From a virus: a DNA stretch of 64,000 bases. Both the position numbers and the translations under genes were made by a program. The DNA is taken from the IMG/VR virus record IMGVR_UViG_3300025732_000026, positions 1-64,000 of that record. One strand, given 5' to 3'. Under the pieces are notes generated by a model. The model was not told the DNA's origin. It searched no databases and saw only the letters and a program-made list of their open reading frames with translations. Shown piece by piece: positions 48,781 to 57,952 of this stretch (position 1 is the first letter of the stretch; each line of letters begins with the position of its first letter).

Positions 48781-49683
48781 ATGAAAATTTTAGTAACAGG
48801 TGGTGGTGGATTTATAGGATCAAATCTTGTAGATTGTTTGATTGCTAAAAATTATGATGTAGTAGTAGTTGATAATCTATCCTCAGCTTATGTATCAAAA
48901 TCTAATTTTAATTCTGATGCTAAGTATGTTTTTTGTGATATCGCTGATTACAAATCAACGAGAAAATTATATGACGGTGTTAGTTATGTCTATCATCTAG
49001 CAGCAGAGTCAAGAATTCAACCATCAATCAATAATCCCTTATTAGCAGTTAAAACGAATACTATGGGCACTGCCACTGTATTACAATGTGCTAGAGAAGC
49101 AAATGTTGAGCGAGTTGTATATTCTTCTACATCCGCTGTTTATGGATTAAAAAATAAACTTCCATCTAATGAAAATATGATAGATGATTGTTTAAATCCT
49201 TATTCAGTATCGAAATTATCGGGTGAGAAATTGTGTCAAATGTACTCAAGACTTTTTGGAGTAGACACTGTAATATTTCGATATTTTAATGTGTATGGTA
49301 ATAGGGAACCTATTAGCGGCCAATATGCATCGGTTATTGGTATTTTTTTAAATCAATTGAAGAAGGGAATGTCTTTAACGATTGTTGGTGATGGCAAACA
49401 ACGTAGAGATTTTGTTAACGTTAATGATATAGTTCATGCTAATATTCTAGCAATGGATTCTAAAATAAAATCGTTTGGTGAAATATATAATGTTGGAACT
49501 GGTGTAAATTATTCGGTGAAAGAGTTGGCAGATATGATTTCAACTAATCAGATTCATGTCGAATCGAGACCGGGTGAAGCAACCGAAACACTAGCAGATA
49601 CTACTAAACTAGAACGTGTATTTAATTGGAAACCAACTATTCAATTGACTGACTATATTGATAGTACAAAGGAATTGACATGA
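48781..49683 (+). CDS. NAD-dependent sugar epimerase/dehydratase
   Basis: TGGGGFIG, SSTSAVYG, YSVSK, RYFNVYG, RDFV motifs. Confidence 0.93.
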   Translation: MKILVTGGGGFIGSNLVDCLIAKNYDVVVVDNLSSAYVSKSNFNSDAKYVFCDIADYKSTRKLYDGVSYVYHLAAESRIQPSINNPLLAVKTNTMGTATVLQCAREANVERVVYSSTSAVYGLKNKLPSNENMIDDCLNPYSVSKLSGEKLCQMYSRLFGVDTVIFRYFNVYGNREPISGQYASVIGIFLNQLKKGMSLTIVGDGKQRRDFVNVNDIVHANILAMDSKIKSFGEIYNVGTGVNYSVKELADMISTNQIHVESRPGEATETLADTTKLERVFNWKPTIQLTDYIDSTKELT

Positions 49684-50234
49684 ATGATATTAAGATATTT
49701 TTAGATTTTGGTACAGATGATGGAAAGGAACTTCTAAAATATATTGATAAGTTCAATATGTATACTGGATGGAAAATACTAGGATTTGAGTTTGATCCTG
49801 TTAAATTTGAACGACTTAAAAAAGAAGTAGTACCGGAACATAGTAATTTAGATGTTTATGATTTTATTGCCACCGATAAAATCATAAAGTTTGATTTATC
49901 AGATAAGAATGAATCTGATTGGACACCTTGGAGCAATAATGTTGCATTAGAAAAATATCGAAATATTGGTAGAGTTAAATGTTTCGATGTTAGAATGTTC
50001 TTGCGAGAATTTTTTTTCAAAAGTGATCATATTGTAGTACGAATGAACATTGCTGGTGCTGAATATCAGCTATTAGAACATCTAATTCAACATGATATTA
50101 TAGATTATATAGACGAATTATATATTAGTTTTCATTCTAAGAATTTTGATAATAAACAAGATATTCTTAGGAGAGAGAGCAAGATTCTTGATACCTTAAT
50201 ACAAAAGAATGTTAAATATCATGTAATTGATTAG
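49680..50234 (+). CDS. FkbM-like methyltransferase (divergent)
   Basis: FLDFG...FE; VRMNIAGAEY resembles KMDIEGAEY. Confidence 0.6.
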   Translation: MNDIKIFLDFGTDDGKELLKYIDKFNMYTGWKILGFEFDPVKFERLKKEVVPEHSNLDVYDFIATDKIIKFDLSDKNESDWTPWSNNVALEKYRNIGRVKCFDVRMFLREFFFKSDHIVVRMNIAGAEYQLLEHLIQHDIIDYIDELYISFHSKNFDNKQDILRRESKILDTLIQKNVKYHVID

Positions 50235-50242
50235 TGCGAAAA

Positions 50243-50305
50243 CATATAACATAAATAGAATATCGACAATACTATAGATGTTGTATTCTATTTCTATGTT
50301 ATATG
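50243..50305 (+). promoter_or_regulatory. Late promoter (CATAAATA, 50250-50257) inside a long start-codon-sequestering hairpin
   Basis: CATATAACATA-AATAGAATA pairs with TATTCTATT-TC-TATGTTATATG, whose last ATG is the start codon. Confidence 0.7.
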
Positions 50306-51652
50306 GAAAAATTTAATACTTTCTGCAATAAAAAATATACAAATCTTAGCGAAGAATTTGAGAAATTTTTAGTTGAGGGCGTATATGATAAAGCAATATT
50401 CAAAGCTGTTTTTCTACAGGGTCCTCCTGGGTCAGGCAAAGATTATGTTTTAGATAAAGCATTATCTGGCCATGGTTTAACCGAAATTAATTCCGATAAA
50501 GCGTTTGAATATCTTTTAGATAAAGAAGGACTATCTCAGAAGATGCCGGAATCTGAAAAAGAAAAACGTGGGTTTATTCGACTGAAAGCTAAGAATACAA
50601 CTGATCTCCAACATCATCTAGCACTTCATGGCAGAAATGGACTTATCATAAATGGAACTGGTGACACACTAGAAAAAATAAAAACAATAAAAGATATCCT
50701 TGAAAAGCGAGGATATGAAACAATGATGCTATCAGTAAATGTTTCGGATGATATTTCTAAACAGCGAAATATCGAAAGAGGTGAAAGAGGTGGTAGAACT
50801 ATTCCTGAAAATATTAGACGCGAAAAATTTGACAATATTCAAAAATCTAAGCCGGAGATTAAAAAGCTATTTGGCGATAATTATATGGAATATGACAATT
50901 CCGTTGATTTTAGATTCGAGGCACCAGAAATAGTTGATAAGAAAAAAGATGAGTTGATGACTATTTTCAAAAAAACTAAAAAATTTGTAGAAGCGCCTCT
51001 TAGGACACCGGAATCTGAAAAATGGATTTCCAAAGAATTAACTAAGAAAAATACTTTGCCCATAAAAACAAATCAATCAAATAATAATACAGATGCTAAA
51101 CGACTTGGATTAGATTATTATGGCTTTGGTAGATATGGTAAAAATCATAAAGTTACGCACAAAGAAATGAATGGAAAATTAATACCTGTTCAAATATCGG
51201 AAAATAAAGTGGAATATCACAAAGATAGAGATAATAAAATAAAAAAATATAAAGTTAGGCGATTCGCCGCCAAAGATGCTCATCAAATGGATGGTGAAGT
51301 TGTGGTTGTTGATGGTAAAGAATATGTGATCAAAAAGAAAAAAATTAAAGAATCATTTGCATCTGATACTGATGCAAATGATATATTTTTGTCGAGTGAT
51401 GAAATAGAAGTGATCGATTATATGAATATCAATGAAAACATTAATGCACTATTTGAATCAATTGATTTGGGGATAGAACCTGGTATGGCATTGAATTCTT
51501 ATGCTAAAGAGAAAATCAATAAAAATGGTAAAATCACCGTGACAGAACTAACTGGTGATGAATCAACAGCGACAATTTCTTCCAAAAAAGAAGATGAATT
51601 AAGGAAAACTGGAATAGCATTATCTAGTTTTAGGGCTAAAAATATTATTTGA
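50303..51652 (+). CDS. Zeta-toxin-like P-loop kinase with C-terminal extensions
   Basis: LVEGVYDKAIFKAVFLQGPPGSGKD, INSD, GLIINGTG, QRN..R...GRT motifs. Confidence 0.7.
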   Translation: MEKFNTFCNKKYTNLSEEFEKFLVEGVYDKAIFKAVFLQGPPGSGKDYVLDKALSGHGLTEINSDKAFEYLLDKEGLSQKMPESEKEKRGFIRLKAKNTTDLQHHLALHGRNGLIINGTGDTLEKIKTIKDILEKRGYETMMLSVNVSDDISKQRNIERGERGGRTIPENIRREKFDNIQKSKPEIKKLFGDNYMEYDNSVDFRFEAPEIVDKKKDELMTIFKKTKKFVEAPLRTPESEKWISKELTKKNTLPIKTNQSNNNTDAKRLGLDYYGFGRYGKNHKVTHKEMNGKLIPVQISENKVEYHKDRDNKIKKYKVRRFAAKDAHQMDGEVVVVDGKEYVIKKKKIKESFASDTDANDIFLSSDEIEVIDYMNINENINALFESIDLGIEPGMALNSYAKEKINKNGKITVTELTGDESTATISSKKEDELRKTGIALSSFRAKNII

Positions 51653-51700
51653 TTTTATAGATCATTAATAAAAATTTTCAATAATTAAATAGGAAATAAA

Positions 51701-53857
51701 ATGTTTAACGATAAAATTACATTGAATGTTGCAGAAGCTATAGCAAAAGTGTTGAATAAAAATCTCGATGTATCTGAGGGATTAATTGATGATTTGAAAG
51801 ATAATAAAAAAATCCGGCAAGAAACCGATTGGTATCATGATAAAAATGATCGGCAAGAAAAGAAAAAGTCGGAACCCAACATAAAAACATTTACGGGTAA
51901 ATATGGAAAATCTAATTATAAATCAGTGAGTGAGAATCTATCAGACATAGATGAACAAAAAGATGTGAAACATGAAATTCAAGTTAATAGAATTCATGAA
52001 GATTTTGAACAGGAAGACGTGACATACGAAGAAATGAACGAGGGTTGGGGTGCCAGAGAACAGCAGCAACGCCGAGATGCTCAAAATAAAGCATGGGACG
52101 AATTGTTAGACAAACATAAGGAACATCCTAAAAATACTGAAAAATTGAAAAATTTGAGATTGAAAAATTGGAGCGCACCAGCCGCCGAAAAAATGTTGAG
52201 GGAAGATTCTGAACAATTAGATGAATTATCTAAGAAGACTCTAGGCAATTATGTAAAAACTGCCGGTGCAGATTTGATGGTTACTTCACAAGATACCGGC
52301 TGGGGATATAAAAAAGGAGAAACTGAAAAAAATTTAAAGCGAATGATGAACAGATATAAGGGCATAAAACAAGCGGCCGATAAACTAACTAAAGAAGAAT
52401 TTGAACAATTAGATGAAGTTGTTAGTGTGTCAACAATTGCAGACAATTTAATAAAACGTGCGTTAGGAAAATCTAATATTAAGAGAAATTCTGATCATAC
52501 TTCATCTGTAAATAAAGGTGATTTTATTGTGCATGATAGAGGTGCAGTCGTTGCAAAATTAGAAAAGGGTACATGGGAAAAACACGTACCTAATGAACAT
52601 AAATCAACATTTAATATTAAAGAAGATTTGGGGCAATTAGATGAAGTTGCGGATAAAGTTTATGATCCTATTACTAAAAAAAATATTAAAAGAAAACCTA
52701 TAAAAATTAAAATGGGTGGTGGTTATAGGAAAACGGTGGATGGAGTTGTGGTTGATTCATCTGATAAAAAAGAGATAGGAAAGAAATTTTCTGAAAGCTT
52801 GTCAATTTTTTCCGAAAAAGGATTAAAAGGTTTATTTGAGTCAATATATAGTGTTTCGGATGAGACTGTAGAAATTATAAATGAAACATCTGAATTTGTT
52901 GGTATTCCACAATCAATTAATACTATCAGAAAAACTAAAGAACATCTAAAAGTCAATACAAATTTACCAAAATCTATTCGAAAAGAATTGGAACAAAAAA
53001 TAGAAGATCATAGAAAACATTTGGAAAAATCTGGATTTGATTTTAAAGAAGATTTTGATAATATTGATTGGGAAACATTACTGGAAGAACCTGATAGCGA
53101 TGAATTTGCACAAGAAGTAAAAAAAGCTGTTAGAAAGAATAAAGGTGAATTGAGAAATGATGAGAACATCGCTAAAGGTGAGGTTCTTGCTGTTAAAAAT
53201 GAAGAAGTTGAATATATTGATGAAATGAAAAAATTAAATAAAGTAAATCATGTTTATTCTGATGTAAATGCTGAAAAATTTGCAGATGAATATGTTAAGG
53301 GGCATTCTGGTGATTATCGTGAAGGAGGTCCAACAAAACAAGATTCGGAACATAGTGAAAATTTTCACACAAATTATACAACAAAACATGTCAAATCTGG
53401 ATTTGCTGGTGGTGGGAAAAAGATATTTACTCATAATAAAACGGGCGAAAAATTTGAGGTTGAGATTGAACCTAATGGAAAAACTTTTTATGGAAATGAT
53501 CATAGAGTTCGCAAATTAAATGAAGAAGTTGAAAAATATCCTTTTGTTGCAGTTCATGTCAAAAAGGGCACGCATCAAACCCATGGAAGCACGTCTTATG
53601 AAGCTGCACAAAATGCAGCAAAACATTGGAAATTAAAAAGCACCGCTGGCATTGATGTTTATCGCGCAGATAAAAAACATGTTGCCGAAAATGTTGAAGA
53701 TTTAGATGAAGCACATATGACAGATACCGAAATGGAAAAAAGAGAAGAAATAGTTAAAGGAATGAAAAAGAATCTATCATCTTTTAAAGATCGATATGGT
53801 AATCGCGCAAAAGATGTTATTTACGCTACCGCAACAAAAAAAGCAATGGCGGATTAA
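51701..53857 (+). CDS. Probable internal head polyprotein with repeated gp21-type cleavage linkers
   Basis: Charged modules separated by EQLDE/EYIDE/EDLDE; C-terminal REEIVKGMKK...RYG..VIYATATKKA. Confidence 0.6.
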   Translation: MFNDKITLNVAEAIAKVLNKNLDVSEGLIDDLKDNKKIRQETDWYHDKNDRQEKKKSEPNIKTFTGKYGKSNYKSVSENLSDIDEQKDVKHEIQVNRIHEDFEQEDVTYEEMNEGWGAREQQQRRDAQNKAWDELLDKHKEHPKNTEKLKNLRLKNWSAPAAEKMLREDSEQLDELSKKTLGNYVKTAGADLMVTSQDTGWGYKKGETEKNLKRMMNRYKGIKQAADKLTKEEFEQLDEVVSVSTIADNLIKRALGKSNIKRNSDHTSSVNKGDFIVHDRGAVVAKLEKGTWEKHVPNEHKSTFNIKEDLGQLDEVADKVYDPITKKNIKRKPIKIKMGGGYRKTVDGVVVDSSDKKEIGKKFSESLSIFSEKGLKGLFESIYSVSDETVEIINETSEFVGIPQSINTIRKTKEHLKVNTNLPKSIRKELEQKIEDHRKHLEKSGFDFKEDFDNIDWETLLEEPDSDEFAQEVKKAVRKNKGELRNDENIAKGEVLAVKNEEVEYIDEMKKLNKVNHVYSDVNAEKFADEYVKGHSGDYREGGPTKQDSEHSENFHTNYTTKHVKSGFAGGGKKIFTHNKTGEKFEVEIEPNGKTFYGNDHRVRKLNEEVEKYPFVAVHVKKGTHQTHGSTSYEAAQNAAKHWKLKSTAGIDVYRADKKHVAENVEDLDEAHMTDTEMEKREEIVKGMKKNLSSFKDRYGNRAKDVIYATATKKAMAD

Positions 53858-53858
53858 T

Positions 53859-54032
53859 ATGAAAAAACTCTTTGAATTATTTGACGATTCTAAAAATAAT
53901 GATAAACCTAGAAATCGTAAAAAACAAATAATTAAGGATGCAGTAAAGGATTCGATTAAAAATAAATTATCTGGTAAAAAAGATGTATTTGATCCTGAAC
54001 CTGATTTGAATTCTAGTGAAGTAGTTAAATAA
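53859..54032 (+). CDS. Small hypothetical late protein
   Basis: ATG 53859 just after the previous stop; FDPEPDL motif. Confidence 0.5.
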   Translation: MKKLFELFDDSKNNDKPRNRKKQIIKDAVKDSIKNKLSGKKDVFDPEPDLNSSEVVK

Positions 54033-54073
54033 CGAATTTCATAAATACTAAAATAAATATTAGGAGAAGAATA

Positions 54074-54880
54074 ATGGCTTTATGGTCGAATACGGACGCA
54101 AATACGAGTATACCAAAATTTGCGCCATCATTAGTTAAGTTGTCTAATTCACAAGCAAATAATGATTTGTTGTATGCTAATACGACACAAGATGCATTTA
54201 TTGCTGGACAAATAGTTGGAGTTTTTGGGGTATCACCTGGTGAGAAGGCTGGTGTAGGTAATGTGTCGGCTGTAGCAGTAACAACGGCAGGAGATTCTGC
54301 CTATGGAAAACCAACAGTTACGATTACAGGCGCGAATACTACTCAAGCAACAGTAACGTCTAATCTAAAATTGGTATCTGCTAGTATTCATGCAGCGGGT
54401 TCAGGATACGCCAATGGCAATACTTTTCAAGTACATGCTGGTACTAATACCACTACCGCTGTATTGACTGTAACTAATGTCGGTGCTATAGGTAATATTA
54501 CGGGTATTTCCGTTACAACGGCTGGTAAATATTCCACCATTACGACTTCGAACATCAATACATTAACTGTTAATACTGCATCTGGTACAGGATTTAGTGC
54601 AAATTTACGATTTGGTTTTGAATCTATTACAGTATCAGCAGCAGGTGCTGGATATAATGTATCAACTGTTGGTGCAGTTGCAAGCGGTAATGGTATATTA
54701 AATACCGCGTTCACTGTTACATTGACTGGTCAAGAAGGTACCGATAAGGGCGCATTAGCTGGTTGGAATTTGCGAACAGAGGGTACTGGTAATCGTGCCG
54801 GTCGCGTCCGTTACGAGTGTTTGGTTGCTATGGGATCAATGACAGGCGATGCCGCAGACGATACGCAATTAGCTGAATAA
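54074..54880 (+). CDS. Virion structural protein (Ala/Gly/Thr-rich)
   Basis: Late promoter CATAAATA at 54040, SD AGGAG; MALWS...AGW...GRVRYECLVAM termini. Confidence 0.7.
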   Translation: MALWSNTDANTSIPKFAPSLVKLSNSQANNDLLYANTTQDAFIAGQIVGVFGVSPGEKAGVGNVSAVAVTTAGDSAYGKPTVTITGANTTQATVTSNLKLVSASIHAAGSGYANGNTFQVHAGTNTTTAVLTVTNVGAIGNITGISVTTAGKYSTITTSNINTLTVNTASGTGFSANLRFGFESITVSAAGAGYNVSTVGAVASGNGILNTAFTVTLTGQEGTDKGALAGWNLRTEGTGNRAGRVRYECLVAMGSMTGDAADDTQLAE

Positions 54881-55278
54881 TGGATTCAAATAATACAATA
54901 GAGTGTTCACTGGAATTTATCAATTCGGTAAATTCCAGATTACTTGCTGAATTAGATGCATTAATATTATCTCCTGAAGCGGGCATACAGAAAATTCGAA
55001 AAGTGTTGTATCAATTTGGATTAGATATGCCAGCACTATATGATGCGTCAAGAGATGGTGATGAGGTATTATTTGATATTTCGGATTATTTTAATGATGA
55101 GTCGAAAATTCAAATCTATCTTTATTTCATATATTATCAAACTGAAGATGGTAATTATGAATTTCATTCTGAATTAGTGTGTCCCGATAAGTTAGAAGAG
55201 TTTTTGGATGATGTTGATTTTGATGTTGATTTTGATGATGATTTTGATGATGAACCATCCAAATCAGACTCAGTATAA
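54880..55278 (+). CDS. Acidic hypothetical protein
   Basis: Coupled ORF with an Asp-rich tail. Confidence 0.6.
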   Translation: MDSNNTIECSLEFINSVNSRLLAELDALILSPEAGIQKIRKVLYQFGLDMPALYDASRDGDEVLFDISDYFNDESKIQIYLYFIYYQTEDGNYEFHSELVCPDKLEEFLDDVDFDVDFDDDFDDEPSKSDSV

Positions 55279-55282
55279 TTGA

Positions 55283-55684
55283 ATGCAATTTGAAAATCTA
55301 ACAAAAAATAATATAAAATTATATTCAATAAAAGCATATGATAATCCGAATATGCTTTTATCTGAATATATGGCAGACTATAAAAGATTCAATTATGTGA
55401 AACGACTATTTAACAAATATATAAAAACTAATGTGATACATGAAAGATTGATATTAAATCATATTATTATTATATATAATGTTTTTGGCATAGAACATGC
55501 AACTAGAATGCTCTTTTATTTTTTACCAGATACGCAATATCCTGTATTGAAAACATATTTATATTTTCTGAATTTAATGCCAGAAATTGTATATGGTATA
55601 AATAATTTAAATATCAATTTAAGTCATATAGAAATAGATAATAATGTATTGTCGATTTTAAATAACATTTATGAAAAAAATTAG
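55283..55684 (+). CDS. Conserved T4-like hypothetical protein
   Basis: YDNP...DYKRFNYVKRL...ERLILNHIII.YNVFG motif. Confidence 0.7.
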   Translation: MQFENLTKNNIKLYSIKAYDNPNMLLSEYMADYKRFNYVKRLFNKYIKTNVIHERLILNHIIIIYNVFGIEHATRMLFYFLPDTQYPVLKTYLYFLNLMPEIVYGINNLNINLSHIEIDNNVLSILNNIYEKN

Positions 55685-55826
55685 AGAAGATGTTCCCGCA
55701 AATACGATTGGTGCTGGAAATATTGCCGGTGCGGGTGTTGGTCAGAATGGAGAACCTGGTATCAATAAGAAAAGAAAAATTCAACCATTTCTATCCTTTG
55801 TTCGACGCAAATTACCAACATCATGA
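55671..55826 (+). CDS. Small Gly-rich protein (not in the ORF track)
   Basis: MKKIREDVPANTIGAGNIAGAGVGQNGEPGINKKRK...; overlaps both neighbours. Confidence 0.6.
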   Translation: MKKIREDVPANTIGAGNIAGAGVGQNGEPGINKKRKIQPFLSFVRRKLPTS

Positions 55827-56299
55827 GAATAAGTGAACGAGGTTTAAAATTATTATCTGATTGGGAGGGTCTAAGAAATGAAGTATATCTTGATGTTGCA
55901 AAATTTCCTACTATCGGAATAGGACATTTACTGACAAAGGATGAACTTTCATCTAATAAAATACTGATTGATGGGATCAATGTTGATTATTCTTTTGGAT
56001 TAACAAATATACAAATTGAACGTCTATTAGTTAAAGACCTGATGAAAATCGAGGAAAAGATTAATAAACTCATCACGGTTGATATTAGTCAGAATCAATA
56101 TGATGCTATTGTGATATTCGTGTTTAATATAGGAATTGGTGCATTTGAGAGATCAACTTTTCTCAAATTACTAAATAATAAAAAATTCGATCAATTGCCG
56201 AATCAATTTAGACGTTGGAATAAATCGGGTGGTCAAATAATTAGCGGTCTAATACATCGCCGCGAAAACGAGATAAAGCTTTTCGAGGGTTTGCTTTGA
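55823..56299 (+). CDS. Endolysin, GH24 lysozyme
   Basis: EG...YLD...PTIGIGH triad (E-D-T), QYDA..FVFNIG, RRENE motifs. Confidence 0.92.
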   Translation: MRISERGLKLLSDWEGLRNEVYLDVAKFPTIGIGHLLTKDELSSNKILIDGINVDYSFGLTNIQIERLLVKDLMKIEEKINKLITVDISQNQYDAIVIFVFNIGIGAFERSTFLKLLNNKKFDQLPNQFRRWNKSGGQIISGLIHRRENEIKLFEGLL

Positions 56300-56344
56300 T
56301 ACAACAAAAAATAAAAAACAATAGCAATAAGGGACAGAATATCT

Positions 56345-56794
56345 ATGGAAAGCTCTTCAAAGGACATTCATGATGTAGATTTAAAACTAAATTCATTATC
56401 AAAAGATGTTGAACAAATAGATAGGTTGTGTTTAAAAGTAACAGAATCAATTGAAAAACTTCAAGAAGTGAATTCAACATTGACCAAAATATTGGTTCTA
56501 CATGAAGAAAAACATGAGCAACGACAAAAAAATGAGGATCAATTTAGAATTGAACTTAAAGAACTTAATGTTAAAATAAATAATATATATAAAGATGTGA
56601 TAGAAAAAATTGATGCCATGGATAAAGAAAATTTGAAGAGAATTAATGGTGAGAGTTTAGCGAAAATCAATAAAGAGAATTTACCTATTATAGAATTGTC
56701 TAAAATACATTGGATGATGTTGGGTGGCGCATTAACATTAGGTTGGTTATTGAGCAATGTGAACTTAGAAGGATTGGCGCCATTGTTTAAATAA
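56345..56794 (+). CDS. Coiled-coil protein with a C-terminal TM helix
   Basis: Heptad repeats then WMMLGGALTLGWLL; lies next to the endolysin. Confidence 0.6.
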   Translation: MESSSKDIHDVDLKLNSLSKDVEQIDRLCLKVTESIEKLQEVNSTLTKILVLHEEKHEQRQKNEDQFRIELKELNVKINNIYKDVIEKIDAMDKENLKRINGESLAKINKENLPIIELSKIHWMMLGGALTLGWLLSNVNLEGLAPLFK

Positions 56795-56797
56795 TAG

Positions 56798-56826
56798 TTG
56801 ATTTGTGATTAAAATTAGCGTATACT
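56798..56826 (+). promoter_or_regulatory. Sigma70-type promoter for primase
   Basis: TTGATT-17 nt-TATACT. Confidence 0.6.
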
Positions 56827-56855
56827 GCATTGTTGAATAAATTACGGATCAATAG

Positions 56856-57878
56856 ATGTCAGTTTACATTGATGCAAAATATGTAAATTTAATTTCATAT
56901 AATCTTAGAAATTTTAAGCGAAAAAACGAGCAATTATATCAAGCATCTTGTCCGTTTTGCGGTGATTCTAAGAAGGATAAAACAAAAGCTAGATTATTTA
57001 TTTTTAAAAATAAGAATAGCCTTTTTGTGAAATGTTTTAACTGTGGTAAAAGTACAACCTTTGCAAATCTTTTAAAGTATATTTCTCCAATTTTATATTC
57101 TGAGTATGTACTAGAAACATACTCAGATAATCAATCATTGAATCCTTTGAGAACTTCTAGTATAATGGAAAAAATGCGATTTGATAATGTATCCAAACAG
57201 AAATCATTCAACAATGCGGAATGGTGTGATAAATTGCCTGAAAATCATGTTTGTGTTCAATATCTACAATCCAGAAAAATCCCAATAGCAGCATATTCGA
57301 AACTATTGTATACTGCTAATTTTAAGGAATTAGCAGATGAGATATATATTGATCATGGCAAAACGTTGGAGTGTGATTCCAGATTAGTTATACCAATGTA
57401 CGATAAATATCATGTATTATATGGTATTGCTGGCAGAGCATTATATGATTGTTCGGATAGAATGAGATATATAACGTTGCGTACAAATGATTCGGAAGAT
57501 AAACTTGTATATGGCGTGGATCAGATAGATTCCACAAAAGATATTAGAGTAGTTGAGGGTCAGTTAGATTCCTTATTTATTGATAATTGTATCGCGGTTT
57601 GTTGTGCAGAATTAAATATTGCCGAAGAATTATTTCCAAAAGAGAAATTGATATTGATTCCAGATAATGAACCAAGAGCGCCGATTCAGGTTAAAAAGAT
57701 TAAAGGATTTATTAAAAAAGGATTTAATGTTGTATTATTTCCAGAATATATATCGCAGAAAGATGTGAATTTGATGATCATGAATGGCGTAAATGATTTG
57801 GAAAATATAATTGTGAATAATACATTCCAAGGAATTCGCGCAGAATTGGAATTTGCTAAGTGGAGTAAATGTGTATGA
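56856..57878 (+). CDS. gp61: DNA primase gp61
   Basis: CPFCGDS...CFNCG zinc domain, VVEGQLDSLF, DNEPR, KDVN motifs. Confidence 0.95.
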   Translation: MSVYIDAKYVNLISYNLRNFKRKNEQLYQASCPFCGDSKKDKTKARLFIFKNKNSLFVKCFNCGKSTTFANLLKYISPILYSEYVLETYSDNQSLNPLRTSSIMEKMRFDNVSKQKSFNNAEWCDKLPENHVCVQYLQSRKIPIAAYSKLLYTANFKELADEIYIDHGKTLECDSRLVIPMYDKYHVLYGIAGRALYDCSDRMRYITLRTNDSEDKLVYGVDQIDSTKDIRVVEGQLDSLFIDNCIAVCCAELNIAEELFPKEKLILIPDNEPRAPIQVKKIKGFIKKGFNVVLFPEYISQKDVNLMIMNGVNDLENIIVNNTFQGIRAELEFAKWSKCV

Positions 57879-57952
57879 TAACACCAAATGCCTATAAGCG
57901 AGATGTTGAACAGATTGGAAACGAATTTAAGTAACTAACATATATAAATTAA

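Noticed and set aside
56345-56794. Holin call
   Set aside because: Only one C-terminal TM helix plus adjacency to the lysozyme; not enough to assign the function.
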